The notes under the pieces were generated by a model that did not search any database, was not told where the DNA came from, and saw only the letters and a program-made list of their open reading frames with translations. The position numbers and the translations under genes were made by a program. A stretch of DNA of 63,926 bases, the filler included, from Salisapilia sapeloensis CBS 127946 (lineage: Eukaryota > Protista > Oomycota), in assembly GCA_023334545.1 (NCBI GenBank). It is 13 parts of 13 records of this genome, joined end to end, with 100 filler letters (N's around TTAATTAATTAA, not from the genome) between each part and the next. Parts side by side here need not be neighbours in the genome. Positions count along the whole stretch, not along the records: positions 1 to 20,803 come from JAADVB010000294.1; positions 20,904 to 24,987 come from JAADVB010000690.1; 11 more parts are not named here. The stretch is one strand, 5' to 3'. Below are positions 10,331 through 20,905 of this stretch, in pieces; the stretch's first letter is position 1, and every line of letters starts with the position of its first letter.

Positions 10331-11377
10331 TCACTTTAACTGAGACAAGAGGAGCTGTGTGAAGTGGTTCTTGTCATGAGCACACTGCTCGACGGCATGT
10401 CGGATGGAAGGTTGGGAAGAGACAGCTTCATGTTCGAATTGAATGAGTGTGAAGAGACCGAGGCGACGGAATTCACATTCGGCATCCAAGAGACGAACGA
10501 TGGCTTTCACGAGTTTCTCGTTTGACAAGAGCTTCTGGCGGTTGTTCGGATGTCGAGAAAAGTTTTTTAAGTCGCGTGCAGCCTGGAAAGCAATATCATC
10601 ATCCCATTCGATGAAAATGTCTCCAATTGTCTCCTGAAGCTTTTCATCATCCACTTCGAAAAAAGTGTCGTCTAGAGACTGATTCGCATCGTAAAACGCG
10701 TCGAGAGTAGACGTTTTACTCATGAAACGCTTCAACGTGTCATCGGACGCATCCACGTCAGCACATTTCATCTGAATGTGATCACATAGTTGGAGGAACA
10801 TGGTTTCATCGACCACGAATCCGTTCGGGTAAAAGTCCACGACGTACTGGTTATCGTCGACGGCTTGAGAGACCTCGACTCGCATCTGGACTACTTCTCC
10901 GACACATAGAAACTCCATTTCCGCGTCCCACTTGCTCTCTTTCGTCACTCGGACGTCCATCGTAGACAAGGCTCCTTTAATAGCCGTCAAAATGTCTTCT
11001 GGACTAGCGTTACTATAAAAGCGCGGATTCACTTTCATGTAGCCCGGGTCGGACGTTTCAAAGAGCATGCCGTGGTCATTCTCAAAGCGAGAGAATGGAG
11101 ACAAAGGGGACTGATATGGTAGTTCTAAGTCTTTCTTGCTGTTTGGAAAGACTGATGCGTCGTCGTCGATACTGTCTGCGTTCAATTGGAACCCATCCAC
11201 AGGCGCCGCGACTCGACGGAATCGCACTGTCGGCGACGGCATGTCGTCCATAGTAGTAGCATGTTCGTCGCTAAAGGGATCTGTGAGGCCTTGCGAGTCA
11301 AAGAGCGAGTCTTGCTCTTCATCCGAGTATTGCCAAGAGGCAAATACTGGATAGTCGTTCGTAGCTTTATTGTTCAT
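10331..11377 (-). CDS. Hypothetical protein; possible KA1-like alpha/beta domain followed by ARM-like helices
   Basis: 348-aa ATG ORF. RFYSNASPEDILTAIKGAL...VVQMRVEVSQ...YVVDF looks KA1-like, and the helical C-terminus is Leu-rich. Domain calls are weak. Confidence 0.7.
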   Translation of the reverse strand: MNNKATNDYPVFASWQYSDEEQDSLFDSQGLTDPFSDEHATTMDDMPSPTVRFRRVAAPVDGFQLNADSIDDDASVFPNSKKDLELPYQSPLSPFSRFENDHGMLFETSDPGYMKVNPRFYSNASPEDILTAIKGALSTMDVRVTKESKWDAEMEFLCVGEVVQMRVEVSQAVDDNQYVVDFYPNGFVVDETMFLQLCDHIQMKCADVDASDDTLKRFMSKTSTLDAFYDANQSLDDTFFEVDDEKLQETIGDIFIEWDDDIAFQAARDLKNFSRHPNNRQKLLSNEKLVKAIVRLLDAECEFRRLGLFTLIQFEHEAVSSQPSIRHAVEQCAHDKNHFTQLLLSQLK

Positions 11378-11683
11378 CGTCGTTTTGAGAAATGAGTTCG
11401 AGGAGCAAGGACGAGGTAAGAAAAAGAATTTCGTGAGTGCTGGTCCATAGTCAAATCAAGAGCAAACCGTAAGAATGAGAAAAGAACTGCGAGTGTGAGT
11501 GAAGGTCGTCTCGTTCAACCACAAATGTCGAGTAAATCATGCGAAATATTCCAGTAAATCAGTGGAAATATCCAGTTCCAGCTGGACTCGATACAATTTT
11601 TAACTTGAATAAGTATTCATCTATTTTACTAAATCGTCGACAACTTGTTCTTAAATCTTTGTCGACAATCCGCAGACAACCAA

Positions 11684-12964
11684 CTACTTGAGCCATACGA
11701 CGACGACGCTGACGTTATCAAGAGAACCTCGAAACAGTGCTTCCTGTACCAAGTAGTCTGCAATCTGGTCTTTGCGTCGAGCTCGAGCTGCTTGAATGAC
11801 AGACCGATCGCTGTCGTATTGCTGACTCCACTCAAAGATCGGTACGCGAGTATTCGTGTGACCGCCACTGCGCCAAGATTCTCGACCACCGACTTCACCA
11901 CGCAGGACTTCACGTACAAATTGGACAGCCTCTTGACTCGTGAAGACATCCCACAGCCCATCTGATGCCACGACGATAAACTCATCCTGTCCAAGTTTCC
12001 GATCAAAGATCTGGACATCGACGTCGCCAGAAACGTATGGCCGGAGATCACGGTCGCCGATGGCTCTCGCAATCGCCAAGTCACCATTCACCCGGTATGC
12101 GCCATACGGTTCGATCGGATAGCCCTTGGCGTCCGTATATCCACACCAGAACACTTTTCCCCCAAGTGCTTCGATACGAGATTGTTCGACCGGATCGTTC
12201 GGTTTATGATCGTGCGTAAGTTCAATGACTCGACCGCTACGACAAAGTACAGCTCGACTATCTCCTACATTAAAGCTATAGATCGTGTCTTTATCCACCA
12301 TAACACCGACCGCAGTGGACCCTTGATGGCACCACTCATCTCGCTTCATGATCATCTTGTCCACTTTTTCCAAGCTTTCCGTTAGACAATTCGTTACTCG
12401 CTCGCGTCTCTTCTTCGCGTCTTCCTCGGTCGTATGATCCCACTCGGCCAGTTCTGGCTTGACAAAGCTGAAATGGTGCTCGAGTAGATACTTCGATACG
12501 CCGTCACCACCGTGTCCATCGTACACGGCTGCAAAGCGCTTGCAAGGAGACACGTAGTAAGTATCTTCCATGTAAGACCGATCACCACGCACGGCTGCTA
12601 TGCTCGTCTGTAGCGGTTTTTGACGAGGATTCGGACTCGCACTGGGCTCATTCGAACCTGTATCTCCCTTGGCTTCGGACTTTACATTCGAAACAAAGTG
12701 GTTCGTAGCGAGAGCACCACCACAGCTAACAAGGATAGCACATACACCCACCATCGGTCCCCAGGCATTCGTATCCTGCGTTCTACGTGGATCCTTCTCA
12801 GTACAAGAAGACAGTCTCCGTATCACCGGAACCTTATCTCCATTCCTCTCCATCAACATCCCACCACGTCGTTTTATACACTTATCCGACCTACTAATCC
12901 GTCCACGCGTCGGTTGCAATGGCCGCATCGACCATGCACCATGTAAAGACTGCCGCACTTGCAT
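11684..12964 (-). CDS. Protein phosphatase 2C (PPM family)
   Basis: RGDRSYMED, AVYDGHGG, GSTAV, NVGDSRAV, LTHDHKP, LAIARAIGD, ASDGLWD and GSLDNVSVVVV motifs. The track's 13090 start is a TTG inside UFD2; the first in-frame ATG is at 12964. Confidence 0.93.
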   Translation of the reverse strand: MQVRQSLHGAWSMRPLQPTRGRISRSDKCIKRRGGMLMERNGDKVPVIRRLSSCTEKDPRRTQDTNAWGPMVGVCAILVSCGGALATNHFVSNVKSEAKGDTGSNEPSASPNPRQKPLQTSIAAVRGDRSYMEDTYYVSPCKRFAAVYDGHGGDGVSKYLLEHHFSFVKPELAEWDHTTEEDAKKRRERVTNCLTESLEKVDKMIMKRDEWCHQGSTAVGVMVDKDTIYSFNVGDSRAVLCRSGRVIELTHDHKPNDPVEQSRIEALGGKVFWCGYTDAKGYPIEPYGAYRVNGDLAIARAIGDRDLRPYVSGDVDVQIFDRKLGQDEFIVVASDGLWDVFTSQEAVQFVREVLRGEVGGRESWRSGGHTNTRVPIFEWSQQYDSDRSVIQAARARRKDQIADYLVQEALFRGSLDNVSVVVVWLK

Positions 12965-13062
12965 CCGCTCCCTCACCTGTTCAAGATCACTTCGTACCAG
13001 TATACTCCGGAACTTCAAGTCGCCGGATACGAAAAACACATCCGGATATGAAAAAAGTCTTT

Positions 13063-16000
13063 TTATTCCTTTCGTTGCGCTAGTAGCCAAGCGTCCATCC
13101 TGTCTTTCAATTCGGTATTTGACTCCAACTCCTCTGCAGTCAATGGTGCACGAGTAAATGGATCCGTCTGATCATTCAACAAGTGCTGCGTAATCGTCGC
13201 ACGATCCATCGTATACCCGCTCGTCGGTAACGTCACGGGATCTTTCATCAAGGTAAAGACAAGTGGATCTAAAAACTCTTCCGGGATCTCTCCTAATTGC
13301 TCCTCCCAATTCGTCGCATCTAAAGATGCTTGCGCGACATTCGCTATAAACGTATCAAACAAGGCAATCTCTTCAAAAGACAAGAGTTGCGTCCGCTTCA
13401 CGATCTGTCCACACTTACTAAACACTTGTCCGTCGTAATAACCATTCGCCGCGACGGCAGACACGAAGCTATCGAAGTCGGCAAAGTGGAGGAACGTCTG
13501 GACAATCTCCTGTAGCATCACTTTCGGACGGAACTTGTACTGCTCTGGATTATTCACCTTCAAGTCCACACCACGCGGACCAGCTAGTTTCACAAGGACG
13601 CTATTCAGCATCCCGACGAGACGTTCCTCGAGCTCTGGCATCGTCACGAATGGGTCCTTGATCTCGGACGTCAAGTACGACATCATGTGGATCGTTTCAT
13701 TCGCTAGTTGCAGACTCGACGTCACCGTACGTTCTTTATCCGCCAATAAACTCCGTTTCTCCTCTCTGGCACTCTCATCTAACGCATTCCAACGGCTTAC
13801 ATCCTGCATCTCTGCCTGAAGTTGCTTAATCTCTGGTAAAGCAATCAATGCATCGGTTACGAGACCATTGATATGGTTCATCAAACCATGTGCGAATCGG
13901 ACGAAACGCTGTCGATCTTCTGCAATACGATGGAAGGCTTGCTTATGTGCTTCTAGCTTCCACAAGTACTTTAATAGGCACGCGATGTTATATCGATGCT
14001 CGAGCTTTTCATAAAACCCAGTCTGTTCGACGTCGCCATACAGATACAAGAGGCATGGCGCCAAGTGTTGCTGAGCTAATGGACTCCTGACGAGAAGTTC
14101 CGTGCCTAGAGGAGCTGCTGCGGTCTCTCGTTCTTCCGCTTCTTCTGATGGAAGGAAGATGTGGAAGAGGACTTCACTCATCTTGGCACGTAGATGTGGA
14201 CTACGGACGTACTCGGGACTGGATAGGAAGACCAGGAGCATGTTTAGCAAGTCGTCTAGAGGGAATGCATGCAGAGCCTTGGGTTCTAAACGTGATACGA
14301 AGATGAGGATGCTACAGACATCCTCTACCAAGTGCTCTGGAAGGAACTTGAGTGCTTGATTCGACTCCAAGTCGGGAGGAGACAGAGGAAGCGTTAGTGC
14401 TGTGGTAGATGCTACGCTTTCATTGCGACAGATGGACGTCACGACACGAGCGGATAAAAAGACAAAGCGGAGGAGATCGTGGATGAGATCTGGGTGGAGT
14501 AACTCGGCATCCATCACCATCTTGGTGCTTGCCATGGACTCAAACTGCGCCCGCACACGTGGATCGGCCTGATCTCCCATGCGGTTCTGGAGGTAGGACA
14601 AGTGACGCAGGAGACGCATGTACTGTCGAATGACGACGACTGGACCTAGATGCACTGCTCGTGCCGTCAAAAAGAAGCAACGAGTGATAAAGTTAAAATC
14701 TCGTGCTTCCGAACGAGCAGAATCGGATGCGTCTACTACCAATCGCGTCGTGTCGTCTGGGAAAACACTATTGTTCGCTGCTAAGAACTGAGTATCGATC
14801 AACCCTTGCTTCTTCGAGTCTGGCGCTAGGAACGGACCACAAAGACGTAGCAAGACCATGGTTACATTCAGCATCGTCCCATTCGTACTCGTGATGGCAT
14901 TGTTCGGGTTCTCCTTCGTGCGCTCGACGTTCACGCGACACGCCTGCTCCATCCATTGGAGCGTCTGCTCTCGCGCGTCTCCTCCAGCCTTCAACAAGAG
15001 CTTCACGACGTCTGTGCATGCGTTCTGAAGACTCGTTAGCTTCGTGCGAATGGATGTAATCGACCCGTTCACGTCCTTTCGCGTCCGCTTCGTGATGTTT
15101 TGGAACATTTGCTTCACTTGCGGATCATCAGCCGTGCTGAAGCGATGGAGAATACCTAATGCCGTTGCGTCCTGTAGCCTACGTCCAGTCTCTGGGGCAC
15201 CAGGCGTGAGTAAAAAGCCTGGTAGAGAGGCAAATATCTGTGCAAGCGACTTGATACGGCATAATAATGAAATAGCAGCAGCGTTCTGGTAAAAGTTGGC
15301 AAAGATCGACGGCGGGTTGATCTGGAAGAGCTCGGCCACCAATTTCTGGAAGATGGGCGTGAATACTTCCGCGACAACATCGTTCTGTTGTAGCTCCTTT
15401 GTCAATAGCTCCAGCCATTCAGGAGTTTGGGCGTTAGGAGGATTTCGAATGGACTTGTCGAGTGCATCAATGTTGATTGAACCGACTTCGAATGGGAACA
15501 TCTCCGGCTCCGTTAACGACGTCACGCTGTAGTTGACACACATCTGACGGACATTGGCGATGCATTCCTCCATCTTCTTCTTCTCGTCATCCATTAGACG
15601 CAAATGAGGCGAAGATAAAGTATGTAGCTCATCTCGGCATCGATAGAAACTGTGTTCTAAATACTCGAGGACGGAAAGAGGGTGGGAAGTGTTGCTTAGC
15701 TCCATCGGATCCATTACCACGCGCATATACAGCACTTCACTCACATTCTCCGCCGTTAATTCCGTCTGCCCTTGATCCGCAACGTTCTTTACGTAAATAT
15801 ACTCCGAGCTACTTCGTTGAGAAGCTAACGTCAATCGGAGAATACGCTCTAGCATATTATTCAACAATGAATGTGCTTTCTTCGGACTCGCACTAGTCAA
15901 TCTACTCCGTTTCGCTTGTTTCGGCTCCTCCGCCGTGTTTATAGTCGGAGGTTTCGGAGGCGTGGCCTTCACCTGCTGTGGTTTCGCTTCAGGCTCTTGT

Positions 16001-16200
16001 TGTGCTCTCTCCTGATCTTGACGCTGTTGCTGTTCTTGCAGCGCCTGCAGCCGTTCAAGTCGTCGCCGACGAATGTCATCGGCCGACTGCGGTGCGGAAT
16101 CGCCTGCCTGAAGCATATTTCCCTGGTCCTGATTCTCCTCCTCCTCCTGTTTCATGTCTTCCGCTTCCCCGCGCATCCACGAGCTGACCCAACCGGACAT
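13063..16200 (-). CDS. UFD2: Ubiquitin conjugation factor E4 (UFD2/UBE4B), U-box
   Basis: Ufd2P core motifs SPHLRAK, GDVEQTGFYEKLEHRYNI and VKLAGPRGVDLKVNNPEQYKFRP. C-terminal U-box IPEEFLDPLVFTLMKDPV...DPFTRAPL. Confidence 0.96.
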   Translation of the reverse strand: MSGWVSSWMRGEAEDMKQEEEENQDQGNMLQAGDSAPQSADDIRRRRLERLQALQEQQQRQDQERAQQEPEAKPQQVKATPPKPPTINTAEEPKQAKRSRLTSASPKKAHSLLNNMLERILRLTLASQRSSSEYIYVKNVADQGQTELTAENVSEVLYMRVVMDPMELSNTSHPLSVLEYLEHSFYRCRDELHTLSSPHLRLMDDEKKKMEECIANVRQMCVNYSVTSLTEPEMFPFEVGSINIDALDKSIRNPPNAQTPEWLELLTKELQQNDVVAEVFTPIFQKLVAELFQINPPSIFANFYQNAAAISLLCRIKSLAQIFASLPGFLLTPGAPETGRRLQDATALGILHRFSTADDPQVKQMFQNITKRTRKDVNGSITSIRTKLTSLQNACTDVVKLLLKAGGDAREQTLQWMEQACRVNVERTKENPNNAITSTNGTMLNVTMVLLRLCGPFLAPDSKKQGLIDTQFLAANNSVFPDDTTRLVVDASDSARSEARDFNFITRCFFLTARAVHLGPVVVIRQYMRLLRHLSYLQNRMGDQADPRVRAQFESMASTKMVMDAELLHPDLIHDLLRFVFLSARVVTSICRNESVASTTALTLPLSPPDLESNQALKFLPEHLVEDVCSILIFVSRLEPKALHAFPLDDLLNMLLVFLSSPEYVRSPHLRAKMSEVLFHIFLPSEEAEERETAAAPLGTELLVRSPLAQQHLAPCLLYLYGDVEQTGFYEKLEHRYNIACLLKYLWKLEAHKQAFHRIAEDRQRFVRFAHGLMNHINGLVTDALIALPEIKQLQAEMQDVSRWNALDESAREEKRSLLADKERTVTSSLQLANETIHMMSYLTSEIKDPFVTMPELEERLVGMLNSVLVKLAGPRGVDLKVNNPEQYKFRPKVMLQEIVQTFLHFADFDSFVSAVAANGYYDGQVFSKCGQIVKRTQLLSFEEIALFDTFIANVAQASLDATNWEEQLGEIPEEFLDPLVFTLMKDPVTLPTSGYTMDRATITQHLLNDQTDPFTRAPLTAEELESNTELKDRMDAWLLAQRKE

Positions 16201-17485
16201 GCTGCCCGTCGTTTTCTCTAGAGGATCGTGTTGGTGGCCGGAAATAAAGGTACTGGTCGTATTCGTATTTTAATGGGAAATAGGCATGGAAACTTGGGTG
16301 GTGACAGCGTACTTGATGAATGGAGCTCGTGAGTTGAGTGTGTGTGTTCTATTGTAAGTTACTGCAATGTGGTGGAGATGAATGGTTGGTGGATGGGAGG
16401 ATGAGAATGGAGGTTGAAGAGTGAGGCGCGGAGGAACGTATGGATATCTTTGTAGAACAATGGAAGTGTGGTGGTTATGATGTCTATGAATGAAGAATTT
16501 GCTTTGGGTGATGGAATGGATAGAGTTGTATGTACTTAATAGGTTTGATGTATCAGGATCGAGAGCTAAAAGTAGCCTTACATGTGTAGTTTACCTTTTA
16601 TGCAAGAGATAAGTGTGTTAAAACGAAAGCAAGGATAGTTGATAAAGTAGAAACCAAGCTTTAAATGGTAGTGCTCTCTCTCTTGGGTGGTGAATCTGTA
16701 CTTCGAGAGCTACTACCGATGGTTAAATCATAGTCTATCGCTACTTGACCAGATACTTATCGATACCTGCAATACTTTGTTTTGACAACCAACCATCCAG
16801 TATAATCATTCAATCGCTTCTTGATACTGTCTAGCATCTTCAGATCCCATATCCCTCGGTTTAAAAGCTGTATTGTTGTTCCGTTGTCAGATAGATCTGC
16901 TCACATTCCTGCTTTCATGAGTGAGAGTCAAATATACTCCATCGTGTCTTCCTATTGCTGCTCTACTCCTGCTCGCTACGTCGTTCACTTTGACGGATAA
17001 AATCTATCTGCAGACTCTGTATTAGAGTTCAAGTCAAGGTACAAGGCTCGAGATATAACGGTCAAATTAGCTCTTTGTCTTTCGTATTAGCCTACAGCAA
17101 CGGTTCTATTAGACCTACATCCTTTCAACATTCAATCATTCGAGACAATCAACGCCTACAGCACCAAGATGGCCCAAAAAGGAAGATCAAACAACAGCAA
17201 GGAAAAAATCAGTTTAATGACTGGTAATAGTCTATTCAGTTCGTGGTCCTTGCTCATTTCATCTCATCGATTAAGGCACGAATCAACAAGTAAGCCGTTA
17301 TTCTGAGTAATTTTTGAAATGCCAGGATTACTTCTTGCGTAGGGGTACGAGGCGCAGCATTCTTTTCTAATTCACGACGTATACAACGTACTAAAGCGGA
17401 TGAAGATGCTCTCGAATATATCATCATAAGCTGCCTGTACAAAAAGGGGTTTCCATGAGCTGAAGTGCTCAAATTGGGCGAGACG

Positions 17486-17490
17486 AAAAA
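17486..17490 (-). terminator. Pol III terminator (T5) of tRNA-Ile
   Basis: TTTTT lies 3 nt after the discriminator base on the tRNA strand. Confidence 0.8.
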
Positions 17491-17493
17491 GAT

Positions 17494-17566
17494 TGGTCAT
17501 GCAGGGGCTCGAACCCTGGACCGCAGCGTTATTAGCACTGTGCTCTACCGACTGAGCTACACGACC
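17494..17566 (-). tRNA. tRNA-Ile (anticodon AAT)
   Basis: GGTCGTG-TAGCTCAGTCGGTAGAGC-ACAGTG-CTAATAA-CGCTG-CGGTC-CAGGG-TTCGAG-CCCCTG-CATGACC-A gives a 73-nt cloverleaf with A and B boxes. Confidence 0.97.
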
Positions 17567-18048
17567 AATTACGATGGTAATGAATCAAAACATATATAAT
17601 CAACGCAGTCATACTTTCATCTTCATATTTGTCTTCATCTGCCTACTCTTTTCTTGATGAATTTACCTTTGCGAACTCTTCTTTCGCTCTTCAAATACAC
17701 CCGTGCCGAAAAAATTTAATAGTGCACCGACCCAGTTGCAGCGTCCTCCTAATGTCTCTACTCTTATTAACAGCTACGACTGCCGTTGCGTATATGGATG
17801 CAACGCGTATCAATCTCTCAGGTTGATTCGGCACAGACGCATCGACCAATTGCCTCAAACTGGTCAATGATGTCCAAAATGAGATTAACACTTCTTGATG
17901 CTTTGTAAGATGTATCACCTGATAGGTGAACCCCAATTCAAAGTACAACTTATCGCGTTTGATCCATTACATGACTTTCGTAGTAAACGAAATGCCGCCT
18001 TAAACAAGTACCAGTTAAGAGAATTGATCCATTGGTTTGCAAGTAAAC

Positions 18049-19221
18049 TCATTTCTCTGGATGATTGCGATTGAGTCGCTTGACATCATCTTCCGCATTC
18101 ACTTTCTTGTAAGCAATCCGAAGTTCACTTAGAAATGCCTTTTGGTCAACTTTACGTCGATACTTGGCAATCGATGCCAGTCCGTCCGCTTCTAGCATCC
18201 GAAGGCGCTCCAATGGATCTGGAAGGCTTGTTGCGCAACGTATGAGAGATGGATAGTTAAAGTATGGAGGGGTGAAAGATGTCGAGATGATTTTCCAAGC
18301 CTCCACATACTCTTCAAACAGCAGCATCTTGTACTTATCACTTCCCTTTTCCAATATGGAGCTTAGACGCATGACTACGAACAATGTCGTGTCTACTTCT
18401 TTGTCCTTAATGTGATCAAGCACTCTAGCTGCATGCCTTGGTTTGTACACCACTGTGTCCTCCTCGAGCGCACGTAGCATACCTTCCGCAACGCACTCAT
18501 ATTCCCATTCTTGCACTCCCGATCCGATATGTTGCTCTTTATCAATAATATGTAGCGCTTCCTTCAATTTGCCTCTCTTCACCTTCCATTCCAAGAGTCC
18601 TTTGATAATGTCATACATAAGAGAGGTATTGCTTTCTTCTGTTTGCTTATTTTTCTTCTTTCCCTTCTTTTTTCCCTTCTTGGAGCTTAACTCATTTAAT
18701 GTTTTGATGGCGTAGTCGTAGAGAGCATAGAAGCCTTTCGCATCATCGAGCTTAGTAAAGCGTTCGATCGCGCGAGGGATACAGAATCTCATGTCGCCAT
18801 AGGACATCATCCCTTTCGTTACTTGTGCCACCATCTCGTCGCGCTCGTAGTCTTTTTCGTATAAGTTTTCAATGGCGAAGAGGCCAACGCCGAACTTACG
18901 AGGTTCGTTGAGTAAAAGAGGCACAAGCTTAGCCACTTGGTCATGCCGTTTAATTTCATGAAGCACCCGAATGACATTACGCGCCATACAAGGGTGGACA
19001 AAGAGCTCTCCGTCCGTCTGCTTCTTACTGGCATAACGGCCTGAAAGATGCTCATTGACAATGGCTACGGCTCCCTCTAGATCGTCCATGCGTATTCGTT
19101 CATTTAACTCGGCACTCTTTATATTTGCCATCTCATCCTCTTCCTCCGGTCCGATAACAAACGACTCGACCGTGAGGTATTCATTCGGAAGGTTCTCCAA
19201 AGTGTCAGTTGTGAACGGCAT
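18049..19221 (-). CDS. Hypothetical helical-repeat (PPR-like) protein, 390 aa; 5' end uncertain
   Basis: Long uninterrupted ORF with a helical composition and a poly-Lys patch. No diagnostic motif recognised. Confidence 0.65.
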   Translation of the reverse strand: MPFTTDTLENLPNEYLTVESFVIGPEEEDEMANIKSAELNERIRMDDLEGAVAIVNEHLSGRYASKKQTDGELFVHPCMARNVIRVLHEIKRHDQVAKLVPLLLNEPRKFGVGLFAIENLYEKDYERDEMVAQVTKGMMSYGDMRFCIPRAIERFTKLDDAKGFYALYDYAIKTLNELSSKKGKKKGKKKNKQTEESNTSLMYDIIKGLLEWKVKRGKLKEALHIIDKEQHIGSGVQEWEYECVAEGMLRALEEDTVVYKPRHAARVLDHIKDKEVDTTLFVVMRLSSILEKGSDKYKMLLFEEYVEAWKIISTSFTPPYFNYPSLIRCATSLPDPLERLRMLEADGLASIAKYRRKVDQKAFLSELRIAYKKVNAEDDVKRLNRNHPEK

Positions 19222-20803
19222 ACCCGGGTTACCGTAAGAGCTCGAGCACTATTCCAATTTCCACTCTTTTTGTGTGATCAAGGTCTTGATACCCCACTTT
19301 GTAGACGGCCACGTGCTTCTCAAACGAATCGCAAAATCTCTTATGTGATTAAGAAAAAATTGAGAATGAACTATAATGACCGAGCTATCATATCTGATAC
19401 GTGTACTGTCGCCTACTCCTCACGTGCTTGCTGGGGCCTGTCTTTCAGTCGATCCTTGTTGGTATACTCTGTCCAAGTAACTGGTTGTGCTTATACCTAC
19501 CTCTACTCTGGCCGAAGCTGGCGTCATCGGGCAGTCAGATCTACCTTCAAGATGGGAGGTACATTACGTATCTATGAATGCAGGCTATGGACAACATTTG
19601 GGGTGAATTTGATCCTACGAGTCGCGCCCAGGCAACATTGCAACTCGCTCCAAACTACGAGAGGGTACCGACAAGCTATAAGTTATATACTATTGCGACA
19701 AAGAGTATGCAGATACCAATGATTTGAATTATTTTGAAAGTGAGGTACATTGGTGTCGAGTGACTTACGATACCTAATGTCCGTCCCAGACCACGCTACT
19801 CGTGGGCTGTCTTACCTACCCTGCCGTTCTGTAACCTTGCACTGTGTTTCCTACCCATCAGAGCTTCCTTCCCTTGTTTCGAGCCATTTGGCGATGTCCG
19901 CTAAAGAGCTGTACGGCTGATGTAATCTAATGTGGAGATTCGTCGGGTACGAGTCCGGCTGGAGTCGAATCTCTTTGCCGCCGTAGATGGCGTCTTGGGC
20001 GAGCTGGTGTGCTACTTGAAAGAGGTACTCGTCGTACTCCATGAGAGGGGTTTAAGACTGTCCGCTAGTCGGAGGGTGGTCCAGTAGCCTGACTGCAAGT
20101 ATTTTCTCCGCGGTGGGGTCCGGATGTCGTATTGCGGTGAGACCGTCCGCGAGGTGGTGACGATGTGAACCGGCTACCAGTTGTGGTATTGGCATACGCG
20201 TAGGCCACTAAGGATTTCTTACTGTAACTACTGCGTGATGATGATGGGTCTATCGGGGTTGGCAAGTTTGCCTTGATCCCGGCAAGCAAAGCTGTCCGCT
20301 GTGGACATTCCAGTTTCTAATATGCAGGCACCGTGGTTTCCTCTTGAGGAGCAAATACAGATACCAATGAAGGTAGACAAGAACGTTGGGAGATTAACCT
20401 CATGTTCAATAGATATGCATGCTGTACAATTCAGAGTTTGATAATTTTCCCGTCAATTTTTCCATCGATATCTATGTATTATGGCCGAAATGGAAGGAGC
20501 TAAAAACGAAAAGGCTGTGTTTGTTAAGCAGATAGTTCGGTATTGTGCAAGGCATTGAAGGCAATAAGAAAACTTACATGAATAAATTGTAACAGGAATC
20601 ATTGCCTGAGTCTTTGGTGGTTTTTCCTGCTCTTATGTCGCTATATATCTTTCTATTCCTATCCACATGTATCCTCCGTTCCTCTGTCAAGCTTTGGCAG
20701 GGCCTAGTGTCGAGCGTATCCTCAGAAGCCGTCCAGGTTGAAGTGTCATTCGATTTACTTGCTCCATTGAGCTCTTCGCTGCTTTACTGGGACGGCTACA
20801 GTG

Positions 20804-20903
20804 NNNNNNNNNNNNNNNNNNNNNNNNNNNNNNNNNNNNNNNNNNNNTTAATTAATTAANNNNNNNNNNNNNNNNNNNNNNNNNNNNNNNNNNNNNNNNN
20901 NNN
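20804..20903. other. Artificial contig-joining linker (N44-TTAATTAATTAA-N44), first of 12 identical copies
   Basis: Identical 100-bp linkers at 20804-20903, 24988-25087, 27330-27429, 32625-32724, 34220-34319, 35878-35977, 40954-41053, 56617-56716, 58190-58289, 59501-59600, 60684-60783 and 62820-62919. TTAATTAATTAA puts stops in all six frames, as in pseudomolecule concatenation. Confidence 0.98.
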
Positions 20904-20905
20904 CA

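Noticed and set aside
13063-13090. Apparent overlap of the PP2C start with the UFD2 end
   Set aside because: Arises from a TTG start in the bacterial-style ORF track. The first ATG is at 12964.
16260-16700. Strongly G/A/T-skewed, C-poor tract upstream of UFD2
   Set aside because: No periodic unit or ORF. It is consistent with a pyrimidine-rich leader or promoter on the minus strand.
20848-20859. TTAATTAATTAA palindromes as regulatory sites or CRISPR-like repeats
   Set aside because: Each is centred in an identical N44/N44 gap and is a synthetic linker. No CRISPR array or cas gene is present.
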